Part shown: one piece after another, positions 18,981 through 29,057 of the stretch | Position numbering within the stretch: the first letter of the stretch is position 1 | Layout of the letters: each line of letters begins with the position of its first letter | NCBI GenBank assembly: GCA_029239355.1 | Contig: JAQZAZ010000008.1 | Coordinates: 24,197-88,196, forward strand | Direction of reading: 5' to 3' | Length of the DNA: 64,000 nt | DNA from: Sphingobacterium sp. | GTDB taxonomy: Bacteria; Bacteroidota; Bacteroidia; Sphingobacteriales; Sphingobacteriaceae | Translations under genes and position numbers: made by a program | The notes under the pieces: model-generated | Told to the model about the DNA's origin: nothing | Seen by the model: the letters and a program-made list of their open reading frames with translations, nothing else | Database searches by the model: none

Positions 18981-20075
18981 ATGGAACAGATACAACAGTT
19001 AAAATTAGGAATTTTAGGACTTGGTGAAGGACGTAGCACGATGTCTGCGGCATTACAAAGTCCATATATCGATTTGGTCAAGATCTGCGATCTGAACGAA
19101 GACCTAGGACGCAAACGTATGAAAGAATTTGATTTTCATGATTATACCAATGATTATCAAGCAATGCTTAATGATAAAAGCATTGAAGCTATTGCAATTT
19201 ATACCCCGGATCATCTTCACGCACAGCATATCCGATTGGCGCTGGCGCACGATAAACACGTGATCTGCACCAAGCCATTTATTGATAATCTGGCCGATGC
19301 CAATGGTTTATTGGAACTCGCAGCTCAGAAAAATAAGCGTGTATTTGTTGGGCAGAGCTCCCGTTTTTTTGAACCGGTGAAAAAGCAAAGAGAAGATTTT
19401 GAAGCTGGACTGATCGGTGAGTTGATTACCATCGAAGGTTATTACCATGCTGATCACCGCTGGTTTTTGGAGAAGCCTTGGTCTTTACAGTCTTCCTTCA
19501 AATGGCTTTACGGTGGGTTGAGTCATCCGGTTGATTTTATCCGCTGGTATCTGCCGAATATTGAAGAGGTGATGGGATATGGCATGCTGAGCGCCAACGG
19601 AAAAAAAGGAGGGCTGCAAAATCCAGACACCATGCATTTTATTTTCAAGACCGAAGATGGCCGTGTAGCCCGAGTAAGTGGTGCGTATACCGGACCTGTA
19701 CAGCCTGTCACACGGGATAGTGAGATGAGTTGTATTTTACGGGGGACCGAAGGTGCTAGTCAGGCAGATTATATGGACCTCCGGTATGCAATTACGGATA
19801 AAACGGGCGAAGAACGCATGCTGACATGGGAGCATAAACTAAAGCATTACTTCCGTTTCGAAGGAAAAAGCCATCATGCCGGTGAATATCAAAATTACCT
19901 GGAGCACTTCGCAAAAGCTATCCGTACCGGAGAGGATGCCTCCCCAGATATGAAAGAGGGTATAGGTACTATAGCCTTATTGCAAGCTATGGATGAATCA
20001 TTGACAACAGGAAAGCCTGTCCGTCCAAAGGAACTGCTGGAAAGATATGGTGTCGACTTGAACCTAGGAAGATGA
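18981..20075 (+). CDS. Gfo/Idh/MocA family NAD(P)-dependent oxidoreductase (cytoplasmic)
   Basis: Rossmann LGILGLG, IYTPDHLH and HVICTKP (TKP in place of EKP); no signal peptide. ATG 18981 lies 1 nt after the GH141 stop. Confidence 0.9.
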   Translation: MEQIQQLKLGILGLGEGRSTMSAALQSPYIDLVKICDLNEDLGRKRMKEFDFHDYTNDYQAMLNDKSIEAIAIYTPDHLHAQHIRLALAHDKHVICTKPFIDNLADANGLLELAAQKNKRVFVGQSSRFFEPVKKQREDFEAGLIGELITIEGYYHADHRWFLEKPWSLQSSFKWLYGGLSHPVDFIRWYLPNIEEVMGYGMLSANGKKGGLQNPDTMHFIFKTEDGRVARVSGAYTGPVQPVTRDSEMSCILRGTEGASQADYMDLRYAITDKTGEERMLTWEHKLKHYFRFEGKSHHAGEYQNYLEHFAKAIRTGEDASPDMKEGIGTIALLQAMDESLTTGKPVRPKELLERYGVDLNLGR

Positions 20076-21652
20076 ATAGTATCTTAGACAAGTTAACCAT
20101 TTACGACTATTGTATCGTCGTAGTCTATTTGTTAGCATTACTGACGATCGGCCTCTTGTCATCCCGTAAAAAGGTTGAAGGGGCAGAACACTTCCTGGCC
20201 AGCAAATCCTTAAGCTGGTACAGTATTGGATTCAATATGTGGGCGACTAACGTCGGACCATCCATGTTGCTGGCTTTTGCTACAGTAGGCTATACAACGG
20301 GCATCGTTGCGGTCAATTTTGACTGGTATGCTTTTATCTATCTTTTCCTATTGGCGGTGGTGTTTGCGCCACGCTATATTTCTACCGGAGTACGCACCCT
20401 GCCTGAGTTTATGGGTAAGCGGTTCGGTCCAAATACGCAAACTATTCTGGCTTGGTATTCATTGGTAAAAATGCTTATTTCATGGTTGTCGTTGGGGCTG
20501 TTTGCTGGCGGATTTTTAGTGCGGCAGATTTTGGGAATTCCAATGTGGCAATCGGTTACTGTTTTAGTCTCCCTAGCTGGTCTGTTTGCGTATACGGGTG
20601 GATTAAAGACAGTTGCTAAAATCAATATCTTTCAGATGATCTTGCTGATCGCCGTGTCGGCCTTTCTGACTTTCCTGGGACTTTCCAAAATCGGTGGCAT
20701 AAGTTCTTTAATGCAACAGACTCCCGCCAATTATTGGTCGTTGATCAGACCGGCAAGTGATCCAGATTATCCCTGGTATGCCATCGCTTTAGGTTATCCA
20801 GTGGCAGCGATCGCTTTTTTCTGTACGGATCAAGCCATGGTACAATCAGTTTTGGGTGCAAAGAATCTCGAACAGGGGCAACTGGGAATTAATTTTATCG
20901 CTTGGCTCAAGATACTTTCCTTGCCGCTGTTTATCCTCACCGGTATCATCTGTTCGGTTTTATTTCCGGGACTTAAAGACCCATCACTTGCTTATATGAC
21001 CATGGTGACCAACCTGTTTCCTACAGGCCTGAATGGATTGGTAATCGTGGTGTTAATTGCTGTATTGGTGGGCACCATTGGTTCGTCGCTTAATTCTTTG
21101 AGTACCGTTTTCACCATGGACATATATCTGAAGCATATCCGGCCAGATGCAAACAATAAGCAAATCACCCAGGTAGGACGTTATACTGTCATCATCGGCT
21201 GTCTAGCTTCAGTTTTCGTTGCCCTGGCGATTGATCAAATTAAAGGGCTCAATCTTTTCGATGTATTTCAGTCTATTCTCGGATTTATTGCGCCACCTTT
21301 AGCTGTTGCTTTTCTGATGGCCGTGTTGTGGAAAAGAACCAATCGAGCAGCAATCAATACGATTTTGACTTTTGGTGCGGTACTTAGCCTGGGGACAGGT
21401 GTATGTTATCTCTGGATTTTCCCAAAAGATGTTTATTCCTTTTGGCCGCATTATCTAATGCTTTCCTTTAGTCTATTTATGCTGCTACTTATTATTGGAA
21501 TAGGCCTAGCATACTGGGTACCCAAGTCGGTTTATGAAATGGAACATGGGGATATGTACGATATCACTGTGGAGAAACCAAGTGGACGCGTCAAGATTGC
21601 CTGGGCAATGTTATTTGTGGTTATGCTCTTGTTGTATATTTATTTTAAATAG
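20072..21652 (+). CDS. Sodium:solute symporter (SSS/SGLT family) sugar transporter
   Basis: About 14 hydrophobic segments, WYSIGFNMWATNVG, LPEFMGKRFG, GGLKTV and DQAMVQSVLGAK; ATGA overlap with the oxidoreductase. Confidence 0.92.
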   Translation: MNSILDKLTIYDYCIVVVYLLALLTIGLLSSRKKVEGAEHFLASKSLSWYSIGFNMWATNVGPSMLLAFATVGYTTGIVAVNFDWYAFIYLFLLAVVFAPRYISTGVRTLPEFMGKRFGPNTQTILAWYSLVKMLISWLSLGLFAGGFLVRQILGIPMWQSVTVLVSLAGLFAYTGGLKTVAKINIFQMILLIAVSAFLTFLGLSKIGGISSLMQQTPANYWSLIRPASDPDYPWYAIALGYPVAAIAFFCTDQAMVQSVLGAKNLEQGQLGINFIAWLKILSLPLFILTGIICSVLFPGLKDPSLAYMTMVTNLFPTGLNGLVIVVLIAVLVGTIGSSLNSLSTVFTMDIYLKHIRPDANNKQITQVGRYTVIIGCLASVFVALAIDQIKGLNLFDVFQSILGFIAPPLAVAFLMAVLWKRTNRAAINTILTFGAVLSLGTGVCYLWIFPKDVYSFWPHYLMLSFSLFMLLLIIGIGLAYWVPKSVYEMEHGDMYDITVEKPSGRVKIAWAMLFVVMLLLYIYFK

Positions 21653-21658
21653 CCTTTG

Positions 21659-22435
21659 TCAAGTTAATCCTAGATTGGATTCAATTTGTGATCTGCATTT
21701 TTTTAAACTTTCAACAATAGTTTCGGTCGGCATATTCTGCCCAATTTGACGTCGGACGAGCTTTGAAACCGTGAGGCAGGCGATGATGCCTGTTTCGCTG
21801 GTTCCGATGGGAACAGAAATATCGATGATGCCTTCCGCGTATGCGCTGGGCATCTCATAAAAGCCTTTGCGTTTGATTTCGGCTAGGTCGCTATCAAATT
21901 GCTGACGTTCTGCTTTCTTCAAGCTGCGGTAATAGGGATCGGTTTCTAAAATGGATTTTCTTTTTTTAGCCTCTGAAAAACTTAAAAGGAGCTTTCCAGA
22001 CGCGGTCTGGGACGTGTTGTAGAGGTTGCCTTCCTCAATCATGATGCTGATGGGCGACGAACCTCTGGCATAAGCGATGACCATGACCTGATTGTCGTAA
22101 ATAACACAGAGGTGACAAGGGTCTTTGATTTCGTTGGACGTATCCTGCATCGGTAGTAATGACGTTGCCCGTAGTTTCTCTACAAAGGAATGCCGGTGTG
22201 AAAGATAGTATAGCTTCAGTGAAAGCGAATATTTAGATGAAATTGGATCACGATGAATGTAACCGTTGGACTCCAGTGATGCAAGCATGCGATAGATTTC
22301 ATTGGGACTTCGATGCAAGCCCAAGGCGATCTCGGATTGGGATTGTGCTGTTGGTTGTAAGGCCAGAAATTCAAGAATCTGCAATCCTTTTTCGAGCGCT
22401 GGTGCTTTATATTTATCGGAGCTATTTACTATCAT
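21659..22435 (-). CDS. IclR family transcriptional regulator
   Basis: N-terminal wHTH (YKAPALEKGLQILEFLA...EIA..L......IYRML..L...GYI..D) and C-terminal effector domain (EIKRKGFY..ISVPI). It is the only minus-strand gene, divergent from the CoA-transferase operon. Confidence 0.93.
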   Translation of the reverse strand: MIVNSSDKYKAPALEKGLQILEFLALQPTAQSQSEIALGLHRSPNEIYRMLASLESNGYIHRDPISSKYSLSLKLYYLSHRHSFVEKLRATSLLPMQDTSNEIKDPCHLCVIYDNQVMVIAYARGSSPISIMIEEGNLYNTSQTASGKLLLSFSEAKKRKSILETDPYYRSLKKAERQQFDSDLAEIKRKGFYEMPSAYAEGIIDISVPIGTSETGIIACLTVSKLVRRQIGQNMPTETIVESLKKCRSQIESNLGLT

Positions 22436-22522
22436 AATATGTTTTGCTTACAAATGATCGGGCTAAAGATAGAAAAAGTATTTATGAGTTTTTAGCTTCT
22501 CAAAAAAGCATGTTAAATTTTT

Positions 22523-22553
22523 ATATTCAAATATTGTATTTATATTTGAATAT
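22523..22553. promoter_or_regulatory. Candidate IclR operator (12-7-12 palindrome) overlapping a Bacteroidota -7 promoter element
   Basis: ATATTCAAATAT-n7-ATATTTGAATAT perfect inverted repeat. TATATTTG at 22541-22548 matches the TAnnTTTG consensus on the + strand. Confidence 0.6.
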
Positions 22554-22819
22554 TATAAACCGCTTTTCCTTTGGGAAAAAGCATGACAAGGGAAAAGATT
22601 ATAAACAATAATATCAATAATTAAATTACAGGACTGTTCCGCTTAGGCTATATTATCAGACCAAAATAGCGAAACGAAAAAGGATAAAATCGCCGTGGCT
22701 CCAATGTTATATTTTGCTGTTTTTAAGGAGGAATAGGTAAATAGACCTTGATATTAAGATGATAGATACAGTTGCTCTGTTTTTCGACAAGACAACATAA
22801 AATAATAAATGAATACACA

Positions 22820-23983
22820 ATGACAGAGAAAATCCAGTTAAAAGGGATTACCTGGGGGCATACCAGAGGCTTTGTACCAATGGTTGCGACTGCGCAGCGT
22901 TATGAAGAATTATGTCCAGCAGTTGAAATTGTTTGGACAAAACGGACTTTACAGGAATTTGCTGATAAGTCAGTGACAGATTTGGCAATGGAATACGATC
23001 TATTGGTCATTGACCATCCATGGACGGGACATGCTGCTGCGAAGGGGATGCTCGCTGCATTTGATGATTACCTATCCGCAGATTTTTTGGCAGATCAGCG
23101 TACTAATAGTGTTGGGAAATCTCATGAAAGCTATAACTTTCTTGGAAAGCAATGGGCATTGGCTACGGATGCTGCAACACCGGTGGCTGCAAGTCGTCCG
23201 GATCTTTTACAAGCCTTGCAAGTGGCACTTCCACGTACATTTGAAGATGTTTTAGTGCTAGCAAAAACCGGAAAAGTCGGATTTTCGCTGTTACCGATTG
23301 ATTCCTTGATGCACTTTTACGGTCTTTGTTGTTCTTTGGGTGAAGAACCTTGCCAAGATAACGAAAAAGTAATCAGCGACACAGTTGGAATAAAGGTCTT
23401 AAAATTATTCAAATCACTTGCCGATGAATTGGATCCCGGATTTTATGAGAAAAATCCATTTAAGGTTTTCGAAGAAATGACTCAGCGTGATGAAATTGCT
23501 TACTGTCCATTTGCTTATGGCTATTCGAATTACGCTCGGGCAGGTTATGCACGTAAGGTGTTGCATTTTCATGATTTAGTGTCATTAAATGGTACGCCTA
23601 TGATCAGCACACTTGGCGGGGCGGGGCTGGCAGTATCTTCACAGGGCAAGCATATTGATGTGGCCATGGATTATGCACGATTTGTCGCGACACCGGAAGT
23701 TCAGAAAACGCTATATGTCGAAAATGGCGGCCAGCCTGGACATTTAGGTGCCTGGAAAAATGAGCAGGTAAATGCCGTTACGGCCAATTATTTTAGCAAT
23801 ACACTACCCGCATTAGATCGGGCTTATTTGCGCCCGCGTTATGATGGTCATCTTTATTTTCAGGATCATGCTGGTGATATCGTGGTTGATTATCTAAGGG
23901 ATGGCGGCGACGAAAAGGCGGTTTTGGACAAAATGAATGCGATGTATCGGGAATCATTAGTCGATAAAGAAGATCATGGATAA
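22820..23983 (+). CDS. Solute-binding-protein fold (SBP_bac_1-like) protein without signal peptide
   Basis: YDLLVIDHP, WALATDAA and TLGGAGLAVS...FV..PEVQ are typical of sugar SBPs. N-terminus MTEKIQLKGITWGH has no hydrophobic or lipobox signal, and the alternative TTG at 22772 adds none. Confidence 0.8.
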   Translation: MTEKIQLKGITWGHTRGFVPMVATAQRYEELCPAVEIVWTKRTLQEFADKSVTDLAMEYDLLVIDHPWTGHAAAKGMLAAFDDYLSADFLADQRTNSVGKSHESYNFLGKQWALATDAATPVAASRPDLLQALQVALPRTFEDVLVLAKTGKVGFSLLPIDSLMHFYGLCCSLGEEPCQDNEKVISDTVGIKVLKLFKSLADELDPGFYEKNPFKVFEEMTQRDEIAYCPFAYGYSNYARAGYARKVLHFHDLVSLNGTPMISTLGGAGLAVSSQGKHIDVAMDYARFVATPEVQKTLYVENGGQPGHLGAWKNEQVNAVTANYFSNTLPALDRAYLRPRYDGHLYFQDHAGDIVVDYLRDGGDEKAVLDKMNAMYRESLVDKEDHG

Positions 23984-25127
23984 TAAACCACTGGAAGGAC
24001 TTTTGGTCCTCGAGTTTTCACAATTTATGGCTGGGCCAACTGCTGGCCTGCGTTTGGCGGATCTCGGTGCCCGAGTCATCAAAATTGAACGCCCGGGGGC
24101 TGGCGAAGGGGGACGGCAGATTGCGATTAAAAATATTTTTGTAGATGAGAGTAGCCTGGTCTTTCATACCATCAACAGAAATAAAGAATCGTATGCAGCC
24201 AATTTGAAAGATGAAAATGATCTGGAAAATATTAAAAAATTAATCCGTCAGGCAGATGTGATGACACATAACTTCCGCCCCGGTGTCATGGAAAAGATCG
24301 GTTTGGATTACGAGAGTGTGCGGAAAATTAACCCCAAAATGATCTATGCCACGGTAACTGGCTACGGCAATGAAGGGCCATGGGCTAAAAAGCCAGGGCA
24401 GGATTTACTCGTGCAATCTCTGTCGGGACTTTCCTGGTTATCGGGCTGTGCGCAGGATGGGCCGGTTCCTTTTGGATTGGCCGTGGTGGATATGTACTGT
24501 GCCACACATCTGACACAAGGTATATTGGCAGCATTGTTGAAACGTACCCGTACCCAACAGGGAGCTCTTGTTGAAGTCAGTTTGCTTGAATCTGTGTTGG
24601 ATATGCAGTTTGAAATGCTGACCACACATGTCAACGATGGCCGCAAGCTGCCTCAGCGGTCGACGGTTAGAGGAGCTGGCCATGCTTATTTAAGTGCGCC
24701 TTATGGACTCTACAAAACCCTTGATGGCTATCTAGCCTTGGCCATGGGCAATGTAAGGCATATAGCAGAAACCATAGGCTTGCCTGGAAAGTCCTATCAA
24801 GATGCTTCAACTTGGTTTTCACGACGTGACGAAATACTTCAAGAATTTGCTGCAGTATTGTGTCAAAAGACAACGTGCGAGTGGATATCCCGTTTGGAAT
24901 CCGAAGGGATTTGGTGTGGCGTAGTAAACGATTATCATCGTTTCTTCGAGGAACAAGGTTTTAAGGAGGCAGGGATGTTGCAGGAAGTCACTTTACAAGA
25001 TGGCACCGCATTGACCACCACCCGTAGCGTGTACCAGATCGATGGAAAGCGTTTATATGCGGATAAACCTGCGCCAAAAGTGGGCCAGCATACGGCATCA
25101 ATTGTTCACGATTATTTAGAAAATTAA
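23976..25127 (+). CDS. Class III (CaiB/BaiF) CoA-transferase, subunit 1
   Basis: [16 protein letters not shown]...[36 protein letters not shown] and catalytic-Asp region VVDMYCA. Confidence 0.93.
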   Translation: MDNKPLEGLLVLEFSQFMAGPTAGLRLADLGARVIKIERPGAGEGGRQIAIKNIFVDESSLVFHTINRNKESYAANLKDENDLENIKKLIRQADVMTHNFRPGVMEKIGLDYESVRKINPKMIYATVTGYGNEGPWAKKPGQDLLVQSLSGLSWLSGCAQDGPVPFGLAVVDMYCATHLTQGILAALLKRTRTQQGALVEVSLLESVLDMQFEMLTTHVNDGRKLPQRSTVRGAGHAYLSAPYGLYKTLDGYLALAMGNVRHIAETIGLPGKSYQDASTWFSRRDEILQEFAAVLCQKTTCEWISRLESEGIWCGVVNDYHRFFEEQGFKEAGMLQEVTLQDGTALTTTRSVYQIDGKRLYADKPAPKVGQHTASIVHDYLEN

Positions 25128-25128
25128 T

Positions 25129-26271
25129 ATGTTACCACTAGCAGGTTATACCGTAGTCGACTTTAGTCAATTTTTATCCGGCCCATTAGCAAGTTTACGG
25201 CTAGCTGACTTAGGTGCGCGGGTTATAAAAATAGAAAAACCAGAGACGGGTGATATTTGCAGGCAATTATATACCTCTGATACGATATTGAATGGTACTT
25301 CAACAGTGTTTCATGCCATTAATCGGAATAAAGAAAGTATGGTGTTGGATTTGAAAAGCGAATCCGACAAACAGATTATACATGATTTAATCGCACGGGC
25401 AGATGTGGTGTTGCACAATTTTCGTCCGGGTGTCATGGAACGTTTGGGCTTTGACTATGCAGGTGTCCGAGAGATCAATCCGACCGTGATTTATGGAGAG
25501 ATCTCGGGATATGGAAAAGAAGGCCCCTGGGTTAAGCGGCCTGGCCAGGATTTATTATTGCAATCGCTTACCGGGATGACTTGGTTAAGTGGCGATGCAA
25601 ATAATGGTCCAGTAGCCATGGGACTTTCCGTTGTGGACATGTTTGCCGGATCCAATCTATGTAGTGCCGTATTGGCCTGCCTGTACCGTCGAGCGATGCA
25701 GGGGATAGGAGCGCATGTTCATGTTAGCATGTTGGATTCTGCTGTGGATATACAGTTTGAGGCCGTCACAACCTATTTTCGTGATGGCAAATTGTTGCCA
25801 CAACGTAGCGAGGTGAGCAATGCACATGCATATTTGGCAGCACCTTATGGGGTGTATCGTACGCAGGATGGTTTTCTGGCCCTTGCGATGGGTTCCATTC
25901 CTTTTCTTGGTAAATTATTGAATTGTAGCGCATTAGAAGGTTTTGCTGACGGAGAGCAAGCTTTTCGGGAGAGAGATACCATTAAAGCTATTTTAGCCGA
26001 GCACCTGACGACAGCACCTACTTGGCATTGGCTGGAGATACTGGAAGCAGCGGATATCTGGTGCGCCGATGTCTTGGATTGGCGTCATCTGACCGAACAT
26101 AATGCTTTTAAAATATTAAACATGCTACAGCAAGTAACGATGGGCGATGGCTTCCGTTATGAGACCACCCGTTGCCCCATTCGCATCGATGGCGAGCGGT
26201 TGACCGCGACAAAAGGTTCGCCCAAACTTGGTGAGCACACAACTAAAATATTGGAGGAACTGTATGGATAA
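25129..26271 (+). CDS. Class III (CaiB/BaiF) CoA-transferase, subunit 2
   Basis: [16 protein letters not shown]...[38 protein letters not shown] and PKLGEHT; an evident paralogue of the preceding gene. Confidence 0.93.
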   Translation: MLPLAGYTVVDFSQFLSGPLASLRLADLGARVIKIEKPETGDICRQLYTSDTILNGTSTVFHAINRNKESMVLDLKSESDKQIIHDLIARADVVLHNFRPGVMERLGFDYAGVREINPTVIYGEISGYGKEGPWVKRPGQDLLLQSLTGMTWLSGDANNGPVAMGLSVVDMFAGSNLCSAVLACLYRRAMQGIGAHVHVSMLDSAVDIQFEAVTTYFRDGKLLPQRSEVSNAHAYLAAPYGVYRTQDGFLALAMGSIPFLGKLLNCSALEGFADGEQAFRERDTIKAILAEHLTTAPTWHWLEILEAADIWCADVLDWRHLTEHNAFKILNMLQQVTMGDGFRYETTRCPIRIDGERLTATKGSPKLGEHTTKILEELYG

Positions 26272-27487
26272 GTTACGTTTTGCTGTCCGGAAATTTGAAC
26301 CCTTTGAGCGTGCCATGGAGAAATGTTGGGCAGCCTATCAGGAGGTATATCCATCGGATGTGGAGATGGAGTTTGTTCCGCTGGATTTAGAGGAATTGAC
26401 AGCAGCTTTCTTTGAAAAGAAAGGCCTCAAGAATGGCGATTGGGATATCATTCACATCAATACCGATTGGATTGCACGGGCCTATGAAACCAAGGGTTTG
26501 TCGGCACTGGATAGTATGATCGTACAGAATCCACCGGAAGACCTGAAAGGGGCTTGGCCAGAAAGCTTACAAGCTTTACAGCGTTTTGACCAGCAAATAT
26601 TTGGCTTGCCTTTTCATGATGGTCCTGAATGCCTGGTTATTCGAAAAGATTTATTTGAAGATTTGCAAGAACAGATGCGTTTTCAGGTACGCTACGGAAA
26701 ACCTTTGGAAATTCCAAAAACCTGGGCTGATTTTTTGACTGTTGCAGCATTTTTTACGCGGCCGGAAGATAACTTGTACGGGACAGTGTTTGCTGGCTAC
26801 CCGGATGGGCATAATGCGGTATTTGATTTTTGTATTCAACTTTGGTCCCGCGGTGGAGATTTGCAGCAAGGCGACGTACCTGTTAAGCTGGATCAGCCAT
26901 TAGCTATAGATGCATTGGATTTTTATCGTAGCTTATTTATGAAGGATAGCGGATTGCATCCCGAATCGGCTAATTTTGAATCAGTGCAGGCTGGTGCCGC
27001 CTTTGCGCGGGGTGAAGTAGCTATGATGGTCAATTGGTTTGGTTTTGCATCCTGGGCACAGATTGATGCCGCCTCGGCCGTAAAAGGTAAGGTGGATGTA
27101 GCAGCTATTCCTTCAGCAGAAAGCGGGATGTCCCCCTCATTAAATGTGTATTGGTTGTATGCAATTCCAGAAGGTAGTCGTCATAAGCAGTTGGCTTATG
27201 ACTTTATACGTTTTGCAGTCGGACGCCAACAAGATAAGCTGCTCACTGTCGAAGGAGGAGTAGGCTGTCGTTACTCCACCTGGTATGATTCCGAAATCAA
27301 TCGGATGATACCCTTTTATAATAAATTGGCTGAATTGCACGATACTGCACGCACATTACCGCGCTTAGCCAACTGGCCGCAGATTGCACATATCATCGAT
27401 GATACTGTAATTGCTGCGATAAAGACCGATGAAAGTAGTCTTTCATTATTAACAAAAGCACAGGAAAAAATAAATGCATGGTTATGA
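26264..27487 (+). CDS. Second solute-binding-protein fold (SBP_bac_1-like) protein without signal peptide
   Basis: [42 protein letters not shown] and AYDFIRF. It starts [10 protein letters not shown] at ATG 26264 (8-nt overlap) with no signal peptide. Confidence 0.82.
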   Translation: MDKLRFAVRKFEPFERAMEKCWAAYQEVYPSDVEMEFVPLDLEELTAAFFEKKGLKNGDWDIIHINTDWIARAYETKGLSALDSMIVQNPPEDLKGAWPESLQALQRFDQQIFGLPFHDGPECLVIRKDLFEDLQEQMRFQVRYGKPLEIPKTWADFLTVAAFFTRPEDNLYGTVFAGYPDGHNAVFDFCIQLWSRGGDLQQGDVPVKLDQPLAIDALDFYRSLFMKDSGLHPESANFESVQAGAAFARGEVAMMVNWFGFASWAQIDAASAVKGKVDVAAIPSAESGMSPSLNVYWLYAIPEGSRHKQLAYDFIRFAVGRQQDKLLTVEGGVGCRYSTWYDSEINRMIPFYNKLAELHDTARTLPRLANWPQIAHIIDDTVIAAIKTDESSLSLLTKAQEKINAWL

Positions 27488-28557
27488 TAGATATCCCTTA
27501 TAAAACGATTTTACCCCAGACTGCTTTGCCGATTATCATTATTGGTGCAGGGGGTATAGTGAAAGATGCGCATCTCCCGGCTTATCGTAAGGCAGGCTTT
27601 CATGTGCATGGTATTGTCAATCGTACAAAGGCGAAAGCGGAAGCATTGGCGGTAGAATTTGGTATTCCACATGTTTACGATACGGTGGAAGATGCCGTCG
27701 CACAGGCTCCCGAAAATGCGGTTTATGATGTAACCATTATGCCCAATAAATTTATAGAAACCTTGGAGGCATTACCTCAGGGCGCGGCTGTATTAATTCA
27801 GAAGCCAATGGGTGATTATTATGCAGATAGTCAGGCGATATTAGAAGTCTGTCAACGTAAAGAATTGGTCGCAGCGATCAACTGTCAGCTTCGGCAGGCA
27901 CCTTTTGTGAATGCGGCACGCTGGCTGATTGACCAAGGTTATATCGGTGAACTGTATGATATGGAAGTGCGGGTGTCGGTGCATACACCTTGGCAACTTT
28001 TTCCCCATGTCATGGTACACCCACGCTTGGAGATTCTGTATCACAGTGTTCATTATATTGATTTGATCCGCTCATTTTTAGGCAATCCACAGTCGGTGTA
28101 TGCAAAAACATTGAAGCACCCGGCCAAAGCCTTATCATCCAGCAGGACGACCTTGCTATTTGATTACGGAGACACACTACACGCTGTTGTAAATACCAAT
28201 CATGACCATGAATTTGGGCCGAAGCATGAGGAAAGCTATATCAAATGGGAAGGTACCAAGGGGGCTATCAAAGCGACGATGGGTTTGCTGATGGATTATC
28301 CGCATGGGGTATCCGACGTGTTTGAATATTGTATCAAGCCAATAGATGGCAGTCAACCGGAATGGGTGGCCTACCCGATCGAGGGAACTTGGTTTCCCGA
28401 TGCTTTCATCGGAAGCATGGGTAGCTTGATGCGTTTTAAACTGGGTGAAATAGCGGTATTACCGGCCGCGGTTGAAGATGTAATCCATACCATGGCCGTC
28501 GTAGAGGCTGCTTATCAAAGCAGTGCCCAAGGGGGGCAACCGATAACAAAAGGATAA
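27484..28557 (+). CDS. Gfo/Idh/MocA family oxidoreductase (candidate aldose dehydrogenase)
   Basis: IIGAGGIV...H, LIQKPMG, YHSVHYIDLIR and WEGTKG. ATG 27484 gives an ATGA overlap; ATG 27478 is the alternative start. Confidence 0.9.
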   Translation: MIDIPYKTILPQTALPIIIIGAGGIVKDAHLPAYRKAGFHVHGIVNRTKAKAEALAVEFGIPHVYDTVEDAVAQAPENAVYDVTIMPNKFIETLEALPQGAAVLIQKPMGDYYADSQAILEVCQRKELVAAINCQLRQAPFVNAARWLIDQGYIGELYDMEVRVSVHTPWQLFPHVMVHPRLEILYHSVHYIDLIRSFLGNPQSVYAKTLKHPAKALSSSRTTLLFDYGDTLHAVVNTNHDHEFGPKHEESYIKWEGTKGAIKATMGLLMDYPHGVSDVFEYCIKPIDGSQPEWVAYPIEGTWFPDAFIGSMGSLMRFKLGEIAVLPAAVEDVIHTMAVVEAAYQSSAQGGQPITKG

Positions 28558-28593
28558 AGAAACAAAGCCTTAAAACCAACAATAAATTAAATT

Positions 28594-29046
28594 ATGCATT
28601 TCGAATCTATTTTTTTTGAAGATTATATATTAAACGATAAACGGACAACATTGGGCCGCACGATTACCGAAACAGATTTTGTTGTTCATGCCGGACATAC
28701 AGGAGATTTCTTCCCCCATCACCTCGATGCGGAATGGTGCAAGACCCAACCCTTTGGACAACGTATTGCGCATGGAACAATGATCTTTGCGATTGGTATC
28801 GGACTGACGGCCTCAGTTATTAATCCGGAAGCATTTTCCAAAGGCTACGATCGCCTTCGTTTTGTCAAGCCCGTATTTATTGGTGATACCATCCACGCAG
28901 AGGTGACTATTTCTGAAAAATCCGATGCAAAAAAGCCTGAATTTGGTACCGTAGTTGAGCATGTTGAAATTATCAATCAACATGGTGTGGTGGTGTTGGT
29001 CGCAGACCATATCCTATTGGCAAAACGCAAGGAAGCTTCAATTTAA
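28594..29046 (+). CDS. MaoC-like hot-dog fold acyl-CoA dehydratase/hydratase
   Basis: [16 protein letters not shown] (hydratase D-x4-H dyad), RIAHG and [13 protein letters not shown]. Confidence 0.92.
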   Translation: MHFESIFFEDYILNDKRTTLGRTITETDFVVHAGHTGDFFPHHLDAEWCKTQPFGQRIAHGTMIFAIGIGLTASVINPEAFSKGYDRLRFVKPVFIGDTIHAEVTISEKSDAKKPEFGTVVEHVEIINQHGVVVLVADHILLAKRKEASI

Positions 29047-29057
29047 CCTATTATCAC

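Noticed and set aside
22704-22736. 10-codon ORF MLYFAVFKEE in the CoA-operon leader as a leader peptide
   Set aside because: Too short, with no informative codon run or linked terminator/antiterminator.
26253-26257. GGAGG Shine-Dalgarno-like sequence before SBP2 as evidence of horizontal transfer
   Set aside because: A single instance inside the coding sequence of the upstream gene (LEE codons); the other operon starts have A-rich Bacteroidota-type leaders.
22820-27487. Calling the two SBP-like genes part of an ABC sugar importer
   Set aside because: No permease or ATPase in the window and no export signals; MFS and SSS transporters are present instead.
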